NCBI GenBank assembly: GCA_902591275.1
Contig: CACJAC010000003.1
Span: forward strand, 8,428 to 72,427
DNA from: an uncultured Prochlorococcus sp.
GTDB lineage: Bacteria > Cyanobacteriota > Cyanobacteriia > PCC-6307 > Cyanobiaceae
Direction: 5' to 3'
Length of the DNA stretch: 64,000 nucleotides
Shown piece by piece: positions 59,670 to 64,000 of this stretch (the stretch's first letter is position 1; the number at the start of each line of letters is the position of its first letter). The translations under genes and the position numbers were made by a program. The notes under the pieces were generated by a model that was not told the DNA's origin, ran no database searches, and worked only from the letters and a program-made list of their open reading frames with translations.

Positions 59670-61460
59670 TCATTTTTTCTCATTCCAAACTTTTAAAATT
59701 TCTCTTGCCATTGGCAGGGCGTGAACAGATCCACCACCAGGAGTATTCTGTGCAAACGCAACTACAAGTAATTCGCTATTTTCAGAGGGTGTAAAGCAGA
59801 CGAACCAAGCATGATCTGAGCCACCTTCACCATCTTCAGCAGTTCCTGTTTTACCTGACACAGGAGGTAAATTTGAAACTCCATAATTAATTGATACTCC
59901 TGTGCCAGACTCTACTACTTTTCGGAGACCACTTTTTATCAATTGAATATTTGATGGGTCGATATCAAGTGGAATACGTTTTTTATCTAAAAGACTTTCT
60001 TCATCTTTTTTAGTCAAATATGGAGTAACTAAATAACCTCCATTTGCAATAGCAGCATAAGCTCTAGCTATTTGAATAGGAGTAACTTGAACAACAAATT
60101 GTCCAATAGACATACTCGCAATATCTTCTGGAACCCATGGAGTTCTTCCTGGCTGCCCCCATCCTCTGCCTTTTTTAGCCCACTCACTACTTGCTACTAA
60201 TCCTTTATTTTCTTGTTCAGAAATTTCAATTCCAGATAAAGAATTAAAACCAAGTTTTCTAGAAACCTTATGAATTTCATCAACTCCTGCACCATATCCG
60301 ACTTGATAAAAAAATGTATTACTCGAAACTCTTAAAGCATCTTCATAACCTATTACTCCAAAACCTAAATCATTGTGTTCCCTGAAACATTGGCTTCCAT
60401 AAGTGATACATGGTTTCGTATCTAACATTGTTTCTCTAGGAAACTTTCCACTTTCCAAGCCAGCTAAAGCCGTTACAATTTTCCAAACGCTTCCTGGATC
60501 ATAGGCATTTAATGCTCTATTAAATAAAGGTTTTTCAGGAGAATTAAAAAGTGTATTATATTCTTTCTCAGGTTTAAAATCCTTTGAGAAAAAATTTAAA
60601 TCGAATGTAGGTTTACTTGCCATTGCTCTTATTGCACCATCTCTTGGATCCATCACTATTATCGCTCCAGCTTTTTTGTCTTTGAGAACTTCCTCAGCAG
60701 CTAGTTGCAGATTAAGGTCGATTGTTAGTTCAATATCATTACCTTGTACTGGAGGTCTTATACCTAATGATCTTTGAAATTTTCCTAATGAATTTACTTC
60801 AACCATTTCTCCGCCCCATTCACCTCTTATAAAATCTTCGTAAACATATTCAATTCCAGTTCGTCCTATTAAGTCATTTAATTTATACCCCTTCTTAGAT
60901 AAGAATTTATATTCTGATTCAGTAATTGGCTGAGTATAACCAATTAGATGAGCAGCAAGGGATTTATAAGGATAATTTCTAATTAATTTGGTGGCTATTT
61001 CAAAACTAAATAAATTATTTTCATTTTCCTTAAACTTTATTAATTGATTTACATTTAAATCATCAAGAATAGTTACTAGAAGTTTTTGATTTTTTAGCCC
61101 ATTAGAATATTTTTTTTGAATTACGTTACTATCGATATTTAACAAGTTAGAAATGCGTGTTTTTTGTTTTTCCCAATTCCTTGTTTTAACAGATTGAGGC
61201 TTTATTTTTAAAGAATATTGAACTCTACTATCTGCTAAAACATAACCATTTTTATCTAGTATCCTTCCGCGTATTGGTTGTGAAGCAATAAGTCTTATCC
61301 TATTCTCATCTGACATCTTCTTGAAAGATTCATAATTTAAAATTTGTAAAAAAATTAATCTTACTAGAATCAATAAAAATGAAATAGAAGAAAAAATAAA
61401 TAATACCAGAGGTTGTCTCTTTAATGAAATAAGTTTTTTATTAGGACTTGTTTTTATCAA
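59670..61460 (-). CDS. mrdA: Penicillin-binding protein 2 (class B transpeptidase)
   Basis: N-terminal TM, RG.ILD, PGSVWK (SxxK), SSN, KTGTAE. Confidence 0.93.
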   Translation of the reverse strand: MIKTSPNKKLISLKRQPLVLFIFSSISFLLILVRLIFLQILNYESFKKMSDENRIRLIASQPIRGRILDKNGYVLADSRVQYSLKIKPQSVKTRNWEKQKTRISNLLNIDSNVIQKKYSNGLKNQKLLVTILDDLNVNQLIKFKENENNLFSFEIATKLIRNYPYKSLAAHLIGYTQPITESEYKFLSKKGYKLNDLIGRTGIEYVYEDFIRGEWGGEMVEVNSLGKFQRSLGIRPPVQGNDIELTIDLNLQLAAEEVLKDKKAGAIIVMDPRDGAIRAMASKPTFDLNFFSKDFKPEKEYNTLFNSPEKPLFNRALNAYDPGSVWKIVTALAGLESGKFPRETMLDTKPCITYGSQCFREHNDLGFGVIGYEDALRVSSNTFFYQVGYGAGVDEIHKVSRKLGFNSLSGIEISEQENKGLVASSEWAKKGRGWGQPGRTPWVPEDIASMSIGQFVVQVTPIQIARAYAAIANGGYLVTPYLTKKDEESLLDKKRIPLDIDPSNIQLIKSGLRKVVESGTGVSINYGVSNLPPVSGKTGTAEDGEGGSDHAWFVCFTPSENSELLVVAFAQNTPGGGSVHALPMAREILKVWNEKK

Positions 61461-61471
61461 AAATATAAAAT

Positions 61472-61615
61472 TTATTTAAATATTGTTTTTTCTAATAAAG
61501 CAATGGTTGATTTTATCTCTTTGAGTTTTGTTATTAAATCTTGATAATCATTATCTTCAGTATTCTCATTGAACTCATCATTTTCAATAGTATTTGAGTT
61601 CAAATTTCCACTCAT
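61472..61615 (-). CDS. Small acidic/coiled-coil hypothetical protein, 47 aa; not in the ORF track
   Basis: Hand translation MSGNLNSNTIENDEFNENTEDNDYQDLITKLKEIKSTIALLEKTIFK; stops 11 bp before mrdA. Confidence 0.55.
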   Translation of the reverse strand: MSGNLNSNTIENDEFNENTEDNDYQDLITKLKEIKSTIALLEKTIFK

Positions 61616-61720
61616 GAAATTATAGTTTTATAAGTTATTACTAATTCTTTTATTTTAAATAAAAAATATATTTTTTCAAAATTATATTAATCTTAATACT
61701 GTAAAAATATCAAAATCAAA

Positions 61721-62329
61721 TTAATTTAATTGATCTATATTTTGTTCAAAATAAGGATTACAACTATTCTTTGATATCCCTAAAGACCATCCAATAAATG
61801 AAGAAATAAATATTGTGACGATTAAAGGCAAAATGGCTTGTTGAGTATTTACAAGGCTAAACCATTCCCTCCAGCTACTAAAAAATCTTTCTCTTTGAAA
61901 TTTTCTTTTTTCATTTTCTAATAATCTGGCTTTTTTGGCGAAAGTTTTTGTTACCCACTTTTCGAAAGGAATCTTTTTTATGATCGCCATTTTTCTCTCC
62001 ACTTCTAATAATTGTCCGGAACTGAGATAAGGATGAAATGTACTTATCAATTCAAGAGTTTTTAAAAACATCTCAACAGCTGCATCTTTTATGAGTTTTT
62101 GCTCATGACTTAAATCAGCCCACTCTATTTCTGGGTAAAAACGGTTCCTATTTGGTGAAATTTGATCCTCTGACATTTGACCGGGTTCTCTAAGCCATCT
62201 ATTAGTGTTTTCATCAAATCTCCGCCAATATAAAAAAGGATTAATAAAAATTGTTTTACCTGATACTTTGACTACATCTTGTTGAAGATGATTAGTTATC
62301 TTTCTTTCAGAATTTTTCGATTTTATCAA
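61721..62329 (-). CDS. Conserved hypothetical protein with C-terminal TM helix
   Basis: 202-aa ORF, FINPFLYWRRFDENTNRWLREPGQ. Confidence 0.75.
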   Translation of the reverse strand: MIKSKNSERKITNHLQQDVVKVSGKTIFINPFLYWRRFDENTNRWLREPGQMSEDQISPNRNRFYPEIEWADLSHEQKLIKDAAVEMFLKTLELISTFHPYLSSGQLLEVERKMAIIKKIPFEKWVTKTFAKKARLLENEKRKFQRERFFSSWREWFSLVNTQQAILPLIVTIFISSFIGWSLGISKNSCNPYFEQNIDQLN

Positions 62330-62410
62330 AAGTCTAAATTAATAATCTAATTAAAGATTATCTTTTATTTAATTTTTTTCCAGAAATATGAAAAAATTAT
62401 CTAATGAATA

Positions 62411-63124
62411 TTAAGTTATCGATAATTGCCAACGCTTCTTTAAATAATTACAGTATTCGCAATTTAAAGAAGGTTTTGGGAAAACATCCGAAAGTAATAA
62501 ATTAACCGTATCAATTATCTTATTTTCTACCCATGAAGTAGAACAATCTAATTTAATTAGATGTACGTCAAAATTTAATTGGTTATTAAAAAACTCTTCA
62601 TTTTTCTTACCATTGAAATATAAAAGATAAGCTTCTTTAGCTACTTGAAAACCGTTTTTTTTAAAGAGCCACTGATACATTTCTAATTGTCTTTTATAGG
62701 CTTTTGGATATTCGTATTTATTAAAAGTCTCGGACCAATCAAAATTATTTCTAGAGGTTGCTTTTACATCAACGATAATAAGATCGCCATTTTTTTTCTG
62801 CCAAATATCATCCACAGCTCCACCAAAATCATAGTTATGTTCAATTGACTTATATCTTATCCCTTGAAAATTACTTCTCCAACGTTCTAAATCTTTGTGT
62901 TTAAAAGGAACAGCATCAATGTCATGTTCAATAAATAAAGGATGCGGCTCCTGAATTTTTCTGTAATAATCAAATTCATTTTTACACAAATTATCTACAG
63001 CAATATTTAGAGTAAATGGTAATGATGGTGGTTTTATTTTATATTTTTTGTCAAGTACACAACATCTTGGACAACTAAGATATTTCTCGACAGTAGATCT
63101 GCTTAATTTAATAATCTCGTTCAT
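62411..63124 (-). CDS. PD-(D/E)XK nuclease family protein (RecB/Cas4-like)
   Basis: LSRS....YLSCPRC, GAVDD, IIVDVK, QLEMY (QxxxY), CEYC. Confidence 0.85.
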   Translation of the reverse strand: MNEIIKLSRSTVEKYLSCPRCCVLDKKYKIKPPSLPFTLNIAVDNLCKNEFDYYRKIQEPHPLFIEHDIDAVPFKHKDLERWRSNFQGIRYKSIEHNYDFGGAVDDIWQKKNGDLIIVDVKATSRNNFDWSETFNKYEYPKAYKRQLEMYQWLFKKNGFQVAKEAYLLYFNGKKNEEFFNNQLNFDVHLIKLDCSTSWVENKIIDTVNLLLSDVFPKPSLNCEYCNYLKKRWQLSIT

Positions 63125-63663
63125 TACGATATATATCCCATTTAAAAATATTTCTTACGTAAAATAAAAGTATTAAATTTGTTAGAAAATTTATTAACTT
63201 ACTCCCATTCAATGGCTGAAACAAATCTTGATGCTTCAGACCGATTGATATGAGTGAATTAGATGATGCTAATTTTGTAACGTAAAACCTATTGAACACA
63301 TTGTTAATGCTCAATAACGCTTCTCGATCAAAATCTAAAATCAACTGTCTACAGCAGTAGATCAAGTTGGATAAAGCAGAAGATCCCAAGGAAGTTTCTA
63401 TTAAGAAATCAATCTACTTATAAAATATGACATACAGAATGTTGGAATACATTTCTAAACAACATAACAAATCACTACCTAAGTTTCTAACTGAACGGTC
63501 GCGTTAAGATTATCAAGAACACGAGAACAAACCATTCCATAGAAACCTAAAAAGTAGGATGGGCAGATATAAAAAGAAATTACTAAAAATTGAAAAGAGA
63601 TATCTAATGCTTTTGAAAAATTAGAGAATAACCCATAAACTTATAATTATTGGTTAGTAGATT

Positions 63664-64000
63664 TTGATTTCTCCCGATATTAAGAAAAATAATATAAGTA
63701 CAAAAAATCGCTATCGTCCAGAGATTGACGGTCTAAGAGCATTTGCAGTAACCGCTGTAATCATTAATCACTTCAATAAAGATATCTTGCCAGGTGGATA
63801 CCTTGGCGTTGATATCTTTTTTGTTATCTCAGGATTTGTCATAACATCCTCTCTTTATCAAAGACCAAGTAAAAACTTCAAGGATTTCATTAGTGGATTT
63901 TATGAACGAAGAATCAAGAGATTAGTCCCCGCACTCTCAGTTTTTGTTCTAATCACAAGTTTTGCAATCTGCCTTTTCAATCCAAACCCAAGTGTTTCTT
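63664..64000 (+). CDS. Acyltransferase-3 (OafA/YrhL-like) O-acetyltransferase, N-terminal part (truncated by window end)
   Basis: Hand translation from TTG 63664: ...YRPEIDGLRAFAV...NH...PGGYLGVDIFFVISGFVIT...FYERRIKRLVP. Confidence 0.92.
   Translation, partial: MISPDIKKNNISTKNRYRPEIDGLRAFAVTAVIINHFNKDILPGGYLGVDIFFVISGFVITSSLYQRPSKNFKDFISGFYERRIKRLVPALSVFVLITSFAICLFNPNPSVS

Noticed and set aside
63108-63389. 93-aa minus-strand ORF upstream of the nuclease
   Set aside because: TTG start, implausible composition and no motifs; the + strand remnant explains the region better
62330-63660. CRISPR array near the Cas4-like nuclease
   Set aside because: No regularly spaced direct repeats and no other cas genes

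Overview
This AT-rich window (roughly 30% GC by eye) is core chromosome of a marine picocyanobacterium, most likely a high-light Prochlorococcus marinus. The evidence is the gene content and order (hli, psbX, ycf66, flv1/flv3, ktrAB, sufBCDS), a circularly permuted two-piece tmRNA with tag ANKIVSFSRQTAPVAA, and a tRNA-Leu with an AAG anticodon. It holds about 60 CDS, mostly housekeeping (accC, smc, argJ, coaE, gatB, thiO, ndk, speA, alaS, mrdA, cysH, coaX, pgm, rarA, def). Seven small ORFs and two edge-truncated genes missing from the supplied track were read by hand. I found no CRISPR array, IS, integrase or prophage. The most interesting observations are: (1) an orphan plasmid-type ParA overlapping a small partner that has a membrane anchor rather than a DNA-binding domain, located near the tmRNA; (2) a stand-alone LigD phosphoesterase-like protein just upstream of smc; (3) an RHH regulator locus with a dense repeat-rich operator and a Nif11-like protein with no core peptide; (4) a CsbD-DUF883 fusion paired with a YqjE-like gene; (5) the A34 tRNA-Leu; (6) an apparent variable-region edge at the right end with a 4-Cys PD-(D/E)XK nuclease and an O-acyltransferase. 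All family assignments come from motif recognition, not database searches.
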